Source: Octopus sinensis
Taxonomy: Eukaryota
Length of the DNA stretch: 37,532 bases
NCBI RefSeq assembly: GCF_006345805.1
Contig: NW_021835903.1
Coordinates: 1 to 37,532, forward strand
Direction of reading: 5' to 3'
Below are positions 22,520 to 32,814 of the stretch, one piece after another; positions within the stretch are counted from its first letter, which is position 1, and each line of letters starts with the position of its first letter. The notes beneath the pieces were generated by a model. That model saw only the letters and a list, made by a program, of their open reading frames with translations. It did not search any database and had not been told where the DNA came from. A program made the translations under genes and the position numbers.

Positions 22520-23891
22520 TAATTTACAAAAACAAGAAGCTAAATTATTCACTGATAACGGGGAAATAATTAACCAAAATAATTCAGTTTTCCTTGAGCT
22601 TCCTTCTTTCTGTTGTAGAATAAACGCAAACAGATTCCTGGTATTTTATTGTGAAATGAAAGGATTTCAGGATATCACCTGTCCTGAACTAAGAAAAGGC
22701 CCTTTAATAAAGGTGCAAACTGGTTACATGAAAATATGTCATATTGTATCAAATAAGTATGTAGCTGTGACCACCAATGAAAACAAAAGCGAGGTCCATA
22801 TCCTCTTGATCAACGAAGATAAAGTTGACATTGCAGAAAGAATTTCTCTGGGACATCATAATGTCAGCATTGCTGCAACTCCAATTAATTTTGTAGTCGT
22901 AGATGGAAACGAAAATAAAATGGTATTTTATTCCACATGTGGTGAAGAACTTTTTCAAAAATACCTTCCATTCTATGGCCACCCTCATCACATCTACTCT
23001 GATAATGTTTATTTCTATGTCCTCTTCAGGAGAAACTCTATTCTCAGATGTTACGATCTATATGGACAAATGAAATGGCAGTGGGAACTGCCTTTCCCTG
23101 TTCACCCTCACATTGCTGTTTTCCAAGGAACTCTTTATGTCCCGGACACTCAACTCAACAGGGTTCTTCTTTACAAGTATCAAGACCGGTCGTCTGGCTG
23201 TCTTTTACCCATTAAAAATCCTTATATCAGAAATCTAAATCTACGACTCAAAGAAAAGGAGAATGACCAAAAACTTGTCATTGGCGAAATATGTAATCTG
23301 TCCAATGGACAGTTGGTGGTGTCTGACATCAAGCATGATTGCTTGTTGTACATTTCTGAGGAAGGAGACATTGTGTCCAGATTATCTCTGCCGTCTACAG
23401 CCACAGATATATGTCGATGGGATTCTAATCATATAGGGGTCACATTACCCCTACAGAAACAATTAAGGGTCATCGGAAACCTATCAAAGAGAGTGAGAAG
23501 TGTATCATTAAGGCAGCCTTATGTACGGGTGTGTAAGATGGGTGAATGTGAAATTGTTTGTTATTGTGATAAACCATCACATTTAGACATTTTAGCCATC
23601 AATTATTATAATCAAGTTGAAGAAGTAATTAAGACAATTAATATCCCTGTGTTTGTGAAATCATTATCAGTAGACAAGGAAACAGAAAAGCTATTAATTG
23701 TTACTAGGGGAAAAGCTTTTCAGTACAACACTAGAATAGGTGGTGGTGGTCATGGCAGTGCACGTCGTCAGAGTGGTGGAAGTGATGGTAGTATTAGTAG
23801 TGGTGATGGTAGTATAGTAGTAGAGATGGTAGTATTAGTAGTAATGATGGTAGTATTAGTAGTAGAGATGGTAGTATTAAGTCTAAAATAA
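22464..23891 (+). CDS. NHL-like beta-propeller modules 2-3 (475 aa)
   Basis: PHIAVFQGTLYVPDTQLNRVLLY, ICNLSNGQLVVSDIKHDCLLYISEEG, ATDICRWDSNHIGVTLPLQKQLRVI. Confidence 0.8.
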   Translation: MRIATTLQYSTYVYIFYINNLQKQEAKLFTDNGEIINQNNSVFLELPSFCCRINANRFLVFYCEMKGFQDITCPELRKGPLIKVQTGYMKICHIVSNKYVAVTTNENKSEVHILLINEDKVDIAERISLGHHNVSIAATPINFVVVDGNENKMVFYSTCGEELFQKYLPFYGHPHHIYSDNVYFYVLFRRNSILRCYDLYGQMKWQWELPFPVHPHIAVFQGTLYVPDTQLNRVLLYKYQDRSSGCLLPIKNPYIRNLNLRLKEKENDQKLVIGEICNLSNGQLVVSDIKHDCLLYISEEGDIVSRLSLPSTATDICRWDSNHIGVTLPLQKQLRVIGNLSKRVRSVSLRQPYVRVCKMGECEIVCYCDKPSHLDILAINYYNQVEEVIKTINIPVFVKSLSVDKETEKLLIVTRGKAFQYNTRIGGGGHGSARRQSGGSDGSISSGDGSIVVEMVVLVVMMVVLVVEMVVLSLK

Positions 23892-24005
23892 AGCTTTCTT
23901 CACGCTCTTTCGTTGTGGTGGTCATCGTCGTCCTCTCCTGGTGATGGTCATCATCGTCCGCTTCGTGGTGGTGGTCATCATCGTCGTCGTCTTCATGGTG
24001 GTAAA
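23745..24005 (+). repeat. Coding-like low-complexity repeats (gatggtagtattagtagt = DGSISS; ggtggtcatcatcgt = GGHHR)
   Basis: Four copies of an 18-21 bp unit, then three His/Arg/Gly units. Confidence 0.7.
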
Positions 24006-24130
24006 ACTAGATATCGTTATGTTAGTAAAACAGATGGTCCCCAGTGTTTTAATGTCCCAAGTGAAACATCCTCAGTCTCCAAGGTGGATCTATTGACCAA
24101 ACGTCTGTTTATCTGATAGACAGAAGCCGT

Positions 24131-25714
24131 ATGTTTGCCATAAACGATCAGAATTTGTTGGTTAATGATCTCGTTACTAATAATCAACTTAATTATTATA
24201 TCGACCTGGTGGATGTATTTTCCAGACACATTTCTCTCAGTGAAATGTTGTCTTCCACTTTATATCTACAGGACCTCACAGTTTCTGATAAAGCCAGACA
24301 TATTCCTCTCCCTAAACATTTGGGAGACAAAGAACCAGCGTGGATTAAAAGTTTGGTTCTTACTGAAAATAATCTGATTGCAGGATTTGACAGGAATAAT
24401 GGAAACATTAAGATATTCACATTGGATGGTCACCTTTTGGATTCAATCAAAGTGAATTTTTATCATAGTATTAAAATGTGTCGATGGCAGTCAAACACAC
24501 TGGTCATTACGAGTTGGGATCTTTCTAATAATAAATACCCACTGTTGACATTAAAAGTGGAATTTCCATTGTCGTTGGTAAATTACAAAACGAGAAATAA
24601 TTATGAATGTGTGGCTTCTTTATCAAACAATCAACTGGTTTTGAGTGAAGTGAGAGATGGAAGACATTTGCATTTTGTTGATATTGATGAAATACATTCG
24701 AGTGTGAAGGAAATAAAAAAAATAGACATACCTGAACCATTAATAAGGAGAAGAGAAGATGGAGATTATTCTGATATAATCCAGGATATTAAAGTTACTG
24801 ATGAAGATGTCATCATTGTCTTAAACTTCAGATTCATCATTTTCTTCAACAGTGGTGGTCAATATTTACATTCAGTCAGACACTACATGGAGTATTCTAA
24901 TTATGGCAGGATGACAATTGATGACAGTTTTTTGTACATTTATGGTGAGTGGGAGAAATGTTTTAGTTCATCTGGATATCGAAACATTTTGTGTTTGACC
25001 CAGAATGGGGAATACGAGAGAATATTTTTAAATAAAAGGATTTATAAAGATGAAGTAGAATTCTCCAGTATGGACTGTAAAGGACCAAGGTTTGTTGGAA
25101 GCCGCATGAGGGGAACGAATGAATTGTATGTTGAAGGGTTGTTTATGGTGAATCGAGACAGCTTCCCGGTTGCTCGTTTACAAACAGACGAATGTCCTGT
25201 TCAAGTAAAAGATTTTGATGTCTCTGAGGAAGGAAAGACAGTTGTGTGTGAAAAAGCCAATAATGGAAATGTTAAAATATTCGATGAAGACGGCCAGTTG
25301 CTACGTCACAGAAATGTTGCAAGTTTAGTTGGTGGTGTGTGTTTTACACAAGAATCACACATAATGGCCACGGTTCCTAAAAGGAAAGAAATATTTCAAC
25401 TGAATGGAGAAGATTTGCAGACATCTCAAGTTTGCTCGAGTCTCATCCCTTATGGTGTTATATGGAGAAAAGTGGCGGGTATTTACTGGTGTGTACATAA
25501 TGAATTGATTGAATGTCATTGCATAAAGATTGATGGGGACCAAGTGAACATTCTGGAATCTGTGTCGTTATTGAATCTTGATTCTGGTCTTCGTTTCCCT
25601 TCCATTACATCTGAAACGAACAAGGAAATATTCAGTAATGAATTAATTAATAAATTGGAATACAGAGGAGGAGATGGAGGAGAAGAAGAAGAAGAGGTAA
25701 ATCAGGTGAAATAA
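24131..25714 (+). CDS. NHL-like beta-propeller modules 4-5 (527 aa)
   Basis: IAGFDRNNGNIKIFTLDGHLL, KMCRWQSNTLVIT, KDFDVSEEGKTVVCEKANNGNVKIFDEDGQLL, VGGVCFTQESHIMATVPKRKEIFQL. Confidence 0.8.
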   Translation: MFAINDQNLLVNDLVTNNQLNYYIDLVDVFSRHISLSEMLSSTLYLQDLTVSDKARHIPLPKHLGDKEPAWIKSLVLTENNLIAGFDRNNGNIKIFTLDGHLLDSIKVNFYHSIKMCRWQSNTLVITSWDLSNNKYPLLTLKVEFPLSLVNYKTRNNYECVASLSNNQLVLSEVRDGRHLHFVDIDEIHSSVKEIKKIDIPEPLIRRREDGDYSDIIQDIKVTDEDVIIVLNFRFIIFFNSGGQYLHSVRHYMEYSNYGRMTIDDSFLYIYGEWEKCFSSSGYRNILCLTQNGEYERIFLNKRIYKDEVEFSSMDCKGPRFVGSRMRGTNELYVEGLFMVNRDSFPVARLQTDECPVQVKDFDVSEEGKTVVCEKANNGNVKIFDEDGQLLRHRNVASLVGGVCFTQESHIMATVPKRKEIFQLNGEDLQTSQVCSSLIPYGVIWRKVAGIYWCVHNELIECHCIKIDGDQVNILESVSLLNLDSGLRFPSITSETNKEIFSNELINKLEYRGGDGGEEEEEVNQVK

Positions 25715-25788
25715 TGGTAAAGGTAGATTAAGGTGAGATGTGGTAATTACATAGCGGAGATTAATAATTAGGAATTGATGAAATATCA

Positions 25789-26823
25789 GTGAGGAGACTT
25801 CCATATAGGACAGCAATGGTCCCTTTTTCCATTCCTGCATTCGAGGAACCTGTTGATTATGATTTCAGGGACATTAGGGACCGGAACAGTAAACTAATTA
25901 AGTTAGATGAGAATGTGAGTGTGTTGATGTTTCGAGAAAGTGTCACATTAATCAGAACAACAACAACAACAACAGTGGACATACTTCAACATGAACAACA
26001 ACAACGAACACCACTGGACATATGTCGGTGGACAGAGGAATGTTTCATTGTCGCCTTTGGGAGAGAAATGAGGGTCTTCAACAGGGATCTCCGTCGTTTA
26101 AAAACCATCAGAACTGAGAAATACTACAACAGGATTTATAAATACAACGACAATCAACTCGTGTGTGGTGGTCACGATATTAGAGACATAACTCAAGAAG
26201 AGAGACACAAGAAATACCAAAGAATATGGAGAAACAACAAGGATTACTATTATTGCAAAGACCCCTACATCTTTGACCGTTATTATGTGGATGTGGTTGA
26301 TATCAAAGATGGGAAATGTAAAGATGAAGTGTGTCATGGGGAGATGAGGAGATGGGGAATGTTTGAGGGAGATGAAGGGGTGTTGGATGGTGTGGGAGTC
26401 ACATCTTTTGGTGATGTTGTTGTTGTGAGGAGGGAGATGAAGGAGAAGTTTGGAGATTGGGAAGTTTTTTGTTTTGTGGAATGGTTCAGGGAAAAGTCTT
26501 TGGTGAGGAGGATAAGAATAGAAGGAATATTTATTGATCCGGAATATTATAATCCAAGACCTCGTCTGACCATAATTGGTGAATGTGTTTATATAACAGA
26601 TACAATAAACAATATTTACGAAATACCTGGACATATTGAAGAGGAAACATCTGAAGATGATGAAATCCGGGGATTAAAAGATAATCCAAAATATTTACTC
26701 CTCAGAGGGGATGATAATGAAGTCTTTGAAGTTCTTGGTTTGGATGTTTCAGACAATTCTTTGATGGTTTTTGGAATTATTCCTGGACCTCAATCTTTTG
26801 CTTTCTTTTATTTTGACAAATAA
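25789..26823 (+). CDS. Beta-propeller module 6 / C-terminal segment (344 aa)
   Basis: PLDICRWTEECFIVAFGREMRVFN, GVGVTSFGDVVVVR, LTIIGECVYITDTINNIYEI. The frame is open upstream to 25768. Confidence 0.75.
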   Translation: MRRLPYRTAMVPFSIPAFEEPVDYDFRDIRDRNSKLIKLDENVSVLMFRESVTLIRTTTTTTVDILQHEQQQRTPLDICRWTEECFIVAFGREMRVFNRDLRRLKTIRTEKYYNRIYKYNDNQLVCGGHDIRDITQEERHKKYQRIWRNNKDYYYCKDPYIFDRYYVDVVDIKDGKCKDEVCHGEMRRWGMFEGDEGVLDGVGVTSFGDVVVVRREMKEKFGDWEVFCFVEWFREKSLVRRIRIEGIFIDPEYYNPRPRLTIIGECVYITDTINNIYEIPGHIEEETSEDDEIRGLKDNPKYLLLRGDDNEVFEVLGLDVSDNSLMVFGIIPGPQSFAFFYFDK

Positions 26824-26849
26824 ATATTTCCAGAAATATTAAACTTCAA

Positions 26850-26881
26850 TCTTCTTCTTCTTCTTCTTCTTCTTCTTCTTG
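26850..26881. repeat. (CTT)n microsatellite
   Basis: Seen directly. Confidence 0.9.
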
Positions 26882-27204
26882 TAAATGGCTTCGCCCGGGA
26901 ATCGAACCTGCATCGCATACATTGCATTCTACACACTTATTGTTGTAACATTCCTCAACACTCTCTCTTTGTGTGTGTGTGTGTATATTTATATACAGTA
27001 TATATACATGTGTTTATATATATACACACATATTTAGGCATGTATGTATAGAAAAAAGGCTATAGATATGTATGTTTGTGTGTGTGTATATACGCATGTA
27101 TATATATGTATATATATATATATATACGCATGCATCTATGTATAGGAATGTCTGGTCCGAAAGCAGAGACTTTCATAATCATTGATTCTCTATTAAAAGG
27201 CAGA

Positions 27205-27454
27205 CGACCACCGCCGCCATCTCCGCCGTCGTCGTCGTGGCCGTCTCCGCCATCGTGGTCGTGGTGGTCGTCGTCGTCTCCGCCGTTGTGGTCGTCGTCG
27301 TCATCATCATCATCATCACCATCACCATCACCATCATCGTCGTCGTCATCATCATCGTCATCATCGTCATCATCATCAGCATCGTCGTCGTCATCATCAT
27401 CATCATCATCATATCGTCGTCATCATCACCATCATCATCAGCATCGTCGTCGTC

Positions 27455-27504
<50 letters not shown>

Positions 27505-27592
27505 CGTCGTCGTCATCATCATCATCACCATCATCATCACCATCACCATCATCATCATCATCGTCGTCGTCATCATCATCATCGTCGTCATC
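27205..27592. repeat. Compound trinucleotide tract (CAT/CAC/CGT)n
   Basis: Seen directly; source of the poly-S/H/M/I ORFs. Confidence 0.95.
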
Positions 27593-28415
27593 AGTGTCGT
27601 GTGTGCGTGTGTGCAGTCTGCATCTGACAGTTTTTAACGTTTAAAAAGAATAGATTGTTGTTGTTGTTGCAGTGACATTCCAACTGCACACACGCACAAA
27701 CATTGCCTTTCGTCCTCGTAGGGTTGTTGTTGTTGTTGTGGGTTCATAAAAAAAGTGAAGGACACTTTAAGAAGCAACTCTAAAAATATTGTCCTGCGGC
27801 GGTTTAAGTGTAAAATATTATAAAAGTACGCATCTATGAGTTTTATGTGTTTAAAAAACATAGCAAAGACATGTGTGTATATGTAGGTATATACATGTGT
27901 ATAAAGGTATTTTTGTATAAAAATGGGTATTTTTGAATGAAATTTGGTAGAAATAACTTTCAAACGATGCAGATTACGATTACAAAGAAATTTGTTGGCA
28001 AAATGTTTTGTAAGGGTTCGAGGGAAAAAATGTGTGATTTAAGGGAGATTTGGCTGTTGTTTCTAACACACCACCCTCCTTGTCTTCTTTTTTTTATCAT
28101 TTTTTCCCTCAGAAACACATTTATGTTATAAAAAAATAAAAAGAATATTTAAAAAATCTCTGATTATTTTTAGCCCCACTTCCTGGCCCCCGATTCTTTC
28201 TCTTTATATAATTGTAAAATATTGGAGAGCCTGAGAGATTCTTGCTGGGATATATCCACAGGGATTTAAATAAGAGCTTTGTAAAAGAGGATTTCTTTTG
28301 AGAGCATCCTTTTCTGTTAGGAAATGAAAGTGGAAGTTCCATTAAAAATATCCATTTTCCTGGAAGTTATGAGGAAACAAAGTCGATGGGGTGTTCATCT
28401 GTAGTTATGCCACAG

Positions 28416-28454
<39 letters not shown>

Positions 28455-29194
28455 TATATATAACTGTAGAAATGTAGGTGTGTATATATATATTTATATG
28501 TATGTGTGTTTGTGTATACATTATTCATGTATATGTACAAGTTTAAAAAAGAAATATCAAAAGATGTTGGAATATTTGAGGTTGGATAATTTCCGACTCT
28601 ATTGTATAGGATTGCCGATACATTATATAGGAATATAAATATACATCATTACTATACCCACAGGAAAGCACAATATTATACATACATACATATTCATATA
28701 TAAACTCAAATATATATACATATAATTATACATTATTATACGTAGACTTCTTGCACACACGTAGAAAAGACGACGGGTAAATCCATCAGTGACAATCCAT
28801 GCTTAAGGGTATCTGGTGATATTTCGGGTCTGGTATCATACAAACTGCCCAGTCTGGAGTCTCTCTATAACTTCTGCCGCTTCCCGTTCAATTGTTTCTA
28901 GCTTAGCAACACTAATTTGAATGACAAAAAACGTGGAGAAAAAGGCGGGAAAATGTATGCATAGATGTATATATATGTATATATGTGTGTGGGTGTGTGT
29001 GTGTGTGTGTGTATGTATAATCGGATGAGTATGAATATATATATATACACATAGAGAGATACATACACGGAATCTATCTAATATTATATGTATGTATGTA
29101 TGTATATGTGGATGTGTATGAATATCTATATACATATATAGAGAGAGAAATATAAAGCAGAGAGACTGGTGTATATACGGAATCTATCTCTCAG

Positions 29195-29226
29195 ACTATG
29201 TGTATGTCTGTCTGTTTTTCTATCTG

Positions 29227-29278
<52 letters not shown>

Positions 29279-29410
29279 CTCTGTCTGCATTTGTGTGCTT
29301 GTTTCTCCTCTCTCTCCTCTTTTCTCTTTCTATCTACCTCTCTTACAGTCTATATATTGACTGTCTGTCTCTCTCTCTCTCTCTCCTCCTCTCTCTCTAT
29401 CTATCTATCA
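29195..29410. repeat. (TCTA)n / (TC)n microsatellites
   Basis: Seen directly. Confidence 0.9.
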
Positions 29411-29809
29411 ATGTATCATCTCTCTCCTCTCTCCATAATACGCTTCGGTATTATAATATGTACATTTCGCTGTTGTGTGGGCAAGATGGTGTTGGTTATG
29501 ATGTGTTACGTTTATAGTCGCTCACAAATCCATTGTGGGGTGCATTCGATTGCATTCTGTGGTTCCCCAGCCACATGGGAGAAGTGCAAAGGCAAGCCGA
29601 AACGATAATGGTGCTAAAGATAGCTTCCAGCACACTCTGCCTTCCCTATCAATTCTTTAAGACATACTGAACGTGCACCGAGGAATTCCTTACGTAGACC
29701 CTGCGACTAAAGCGCAGTCGCTGCGGACGACACCTGGTAACCGTATGTGGTGAAGGTGCCCTCAACGCACACGACTAGGGACATACCCAAAACAACGGGT
29801 GGACACGAC

Positions 29810-30022
29810 ATTTTAAAGTCTCCTATGTATTGTATGGATATTCTTTATTTTTGTACTTAAGTCATTTTGACTGAGGCCACGCTGGAGCACCGCCTTGAAG
29901 GGTTCATTTAATCAAAAACATCGACACCAGGACTTATTAAGCCTTGTACTTAACCTATCGGTCGTCTTTGCCGAACTACTAAGTGACATAGACGTAAACA
30001 TAGAGACATCGGTTGTCAAGCG
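29810..30022 (-). mobile_element. 3' half of SINE family A
   Basis: gctggagcaccgccttgaag...atcgacaccaggacttatt...gtcgtctttgccgaactactaagtgacatagacgtaaaca...ggttgtcaagc. Confidence 0.75.
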
Positions 30023-30040
30023 CTGGTGAGGGGAGGAGAT

Positions 30041-30076
<36 letters not shown>

Positions 30077-30097
30077 CACACACATATACCCGATAGG

Positions 30098-30680
30098 CTT
30101 GTTAGCAGAGTTACAGGCCGAAAGTTATCAACAATGTCCCCCTTGTTCGGATCCTTCCTCAATGGCATCACCACACCTTGGCTCACAGTTCTGCTGCCTG
30201 TTGCGTTAGACATCTTGCAAAATCTCACCAGACAAGTCGAGCATATGAATATAAATTTCGAAGGGAAAACCATCCAATCCCGGAGACTTCTCCTTCCTGC
30301 AAGTCTCCAGTGCATCTCTCGTATATCTTCCGCTGTTATTGGAATTTCGCATAATTCCACATCCTTGGCCAAGAGCTGCAGCAGTCCATCGAGGTAGGAG
30401 GTGGAGTTCACCCCAGCCTCCGAACCACTGTGCGCCTCGTATAGTTCAGCAAAGTGCCGCTGAAATTCCGCACAAATCTGCTTGGAATCGTGTAACAAGC
30501 ACTCATCCCAACCCATCAAACACCAAATTGTAGTTTTAGGGCCATGTTGCACCTCGGCATACCAGTTGCCCACTAACTCTAAGGGGCGAGAAATCCCAAG
30601 GAAGTCCTCCAAGCGTGTCTGACATAATTGGATGTGTTCTATTAATTCATTACTTTTTGTACTTATAGCCATGAGATTCA
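30098..30680 (-). mobile_element. Tx1/L1-clade LINE ORF2 fragment (linker plus RT start), frameshifted
   Basis: ICAEFQRHFAELY, CEIPITAEDIRE, alternate frame ETCRKEKSPGLDGFPFEIY (30260-30300), and LRKDPNKGDIVDNFRPVTLL. Confidence 0.85.
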
Positions 30681-30739
30681 TAATGTCTGGTTTATGGTCA
30701 TTTGGTGGAGTGAAGTGCGTCTGTTGTGTATGGAGGCTA

Positions 30740-30801
30740 TGTTGTGTTTGCGATGGTTGTAGATGTGGTGGTGGTAGTGGTGGGGATGATGTTATTGTTG
30801 C

Positions 30802-30842
<41 letters not shown>

Positions 30843-31390
30843 CATGGTGTGCTATTCTTACTGCACCTTCCCTCCTCCATTTTCTTGGACGTTTTTCTTT
30901 TCTGGTTATCATTTCTGCTCTTCCCTTTTCCTTCCTTCCCTGTGACTCTTTCACATGCCTGTCCCTCCTTATTTCTCTCATTTTCCTTAGCTGAATAGGG
31001 GACGGGTATTTCTTCTGCAGGTATTTGTTTTACTGTTGGCGCTGTTAACAGTGTTGTCATTATTTTTGGTGGGGGGGGGTTCCCTGTTGCTGCTGCTGCT
31101 GTGCATTCTGCCTGACATTCTGCAGTTGTTTCCATTCCAGTCGATGTTGTAGCTGCAGCTGCTGCCGGGGCTGTTGTGGTTTTTGTGAATGTTGTTATGT
31201 CCAATTGTCTCTGTTGCTGCCCTTCTTGTGGTGTCTGTTGTTATTGTGGTTGCAGTGGTGTTAATGGTTGCTGTGGATCATTTTTTCCCCTTTTCTTCTT
31301 TCCCTCAGACTATAGACTCTGACCTGAATCACCACAGAAGTAACATACTTTACAACCGGTTGTGTTGCATCCCCTGGCGCAGATGCATCT
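30740..31390 (-). mobile_element. Possible Tx1 ORF1 remnant
   Basis: Degenerate knuckle CKVCYFCGDSGQ (31318-31354) followed by T/A/P-rich then K/E/R-rich low-complexity sequence, directly upstream of the ORF2 fragment on the same strand. Confidence 0.45.
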
Positions 31391-31935
31391 TATCAGGTGT
31401 CTTGTTTTAAAGAAGATACCTCACTAAATATGTTCGGTTTGAATTGGCATGTTGTTGCTTGTAAGGTGTTGGCAGATGTATAGAGATATATAATGTTGAT
31501 TTGTTTAGCAAGTGTAAGATTGGTAGAATCGAGAGCTTCCTTAAGCATTCGCAATTGTGCTGGGCTGGGCATATCCTCAAAATGAATGACGAAAGAATAC
31601 CCAAGGTTTTCATTTACAGCCAGCTGAGATAGTGGCACAGAATGTTGGTCGACCATGGCTCAGATATAAGGAGAAGCTGAAGAGTAACTTCTCAGTTGTG
31701 GAGATAACTCACAACGCCTTTGAGGACACAGCTGTAGAGTAAAAAAGAAATGGAGATTGTCATGTGAAAATTGTATAAGAGACTTTGCTTCAACGAGCAT
31801 AAACAGACGAAGGAATGCAAGGCAAAGGAAAAGTGGCTGCAAATATCCTGCCTGCACTGACCCATAATCTTAGTATTTGCCACATCTGCAAACTTTTTTG
31901 CAATTCTTTGGTGGGGCACAAATGTGACATTTGAC
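31380..31935 (+). mobile_element. Old RTE-type LINE C-terminal fragment (different family from 10592)
   Basis: IESFLKHSQLCWAGHILKMNDERIPKVFIYSQL, GRPWLRYKEKLK, and a terminal C..C zinc-finger-like ICHICKLFCNSLVGHK. Contains stops and frameshifts. Confidence 0.8.
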
Positions 31936-32814
31936 ATAAGTATTATGACTGACAAAGAAAATGTAGGTTGTTGGATACTCATATGTGAAAGCCAACGGGG
32001 AAATCCATCATGTCATATCATATCTCTCTCAAGGGAGCAGCAATAGATATAATATGAAGCATTGTGTGATATGTTTTGTGATATGTTCCTCCACTCACTA
32101 CATATATACATAGATACACACACACACACACACACACACATACATATATATATACAGAGAGAGAGAGAGAGAATGCATACATACGCATGCATATATACAT
32201 ATGTGTGCGTGTGGGTGTATATATAAATGAATAAAAATCTCAAGAGTCAGAGGAATCGAATTAAACAAAAAAAACAAAAAAAAGGCAAGAGAGAAAAGAA
32301 GAAGAACAACAACGAGTTTGTAGTAAAAGTGTTTCCTATATTGAATGAATGTCAGTGCCGCCGGTAATTGGGACGAGGGCCTCGACTGTCGAGTGGAGGG
32401 CATGGGTTGTCTACCCTGCTGCTGGCTGCTATCGCTGGTGATCGAGACCGTTTTGGTAGAGTGAGGGCAACAGAAGATGTGTCCATTGCTTCTGGGTCAT
32501 CTCGCATTGAGCTATGTCCTGCTAGGCATCCATCCATCAAAGGGGCCATGGTTGATGGACTGCACAAATAAATACAGAATACATATATACGCATAAATAT
32601 ATATATACAGATAAAATATATATATACATACATACACACACACACAAATGATTATATAGAAAAGAAATATGTATATATACACATGAATAAATACAGACAG
32701 AAGGTTATATACAACACACACATACACACATATATATATATGTATATATAATGTACTGTTCCGTGATAGAAAATTCAACAAAAAGTACTCCATCTGGTGA
32801 GAGATGAATACTAT

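Larger units (their letters stand above)
21057..26823 (+). other. Putative single giant terminal exon (~1,900 aa after frame repair) for a helical region plus multi beta-propeller protein; frameshifted in this assembly or pseudogenised
   Basis: Acceptor tttcattttatttcAG| at 21056. The ORFs below rejoin with single-base repairs. There is no TE inside the block, and AATAAA (26819-26824) overlaps the final stop. Confidence 0.65.

Noticed and set aside
21174-26823. Bacterial/viral operon or horizontal transfer (abutting GTGA and overlapping ORFs)
   Set aside because: The junctions are repaired by single-base indels that restore repeated motifs. There is an upstream splice acceptor and a terminal AATAAA, and no prokaryotic or viral hallmark genes.
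26884-26935. tRNA gene (minus-strand ggttcgattcccgggcgaagcca)
   Set aside because: Only a B-box/T-arm-like piece is present and no cloverleaf can be built. It is probably a decayed SINE head.
27076-27644. Poly-Ser/His/Met/Ile proteins
   Set aside because: They are translations of a stop-free trinucleotide microsatellite in all frames.
32345-32570. 67-97 aa ORFs in a GC-richer patch
   Set aside because: No recognisable motif; likely an old TE fragment, but I could not assign it.
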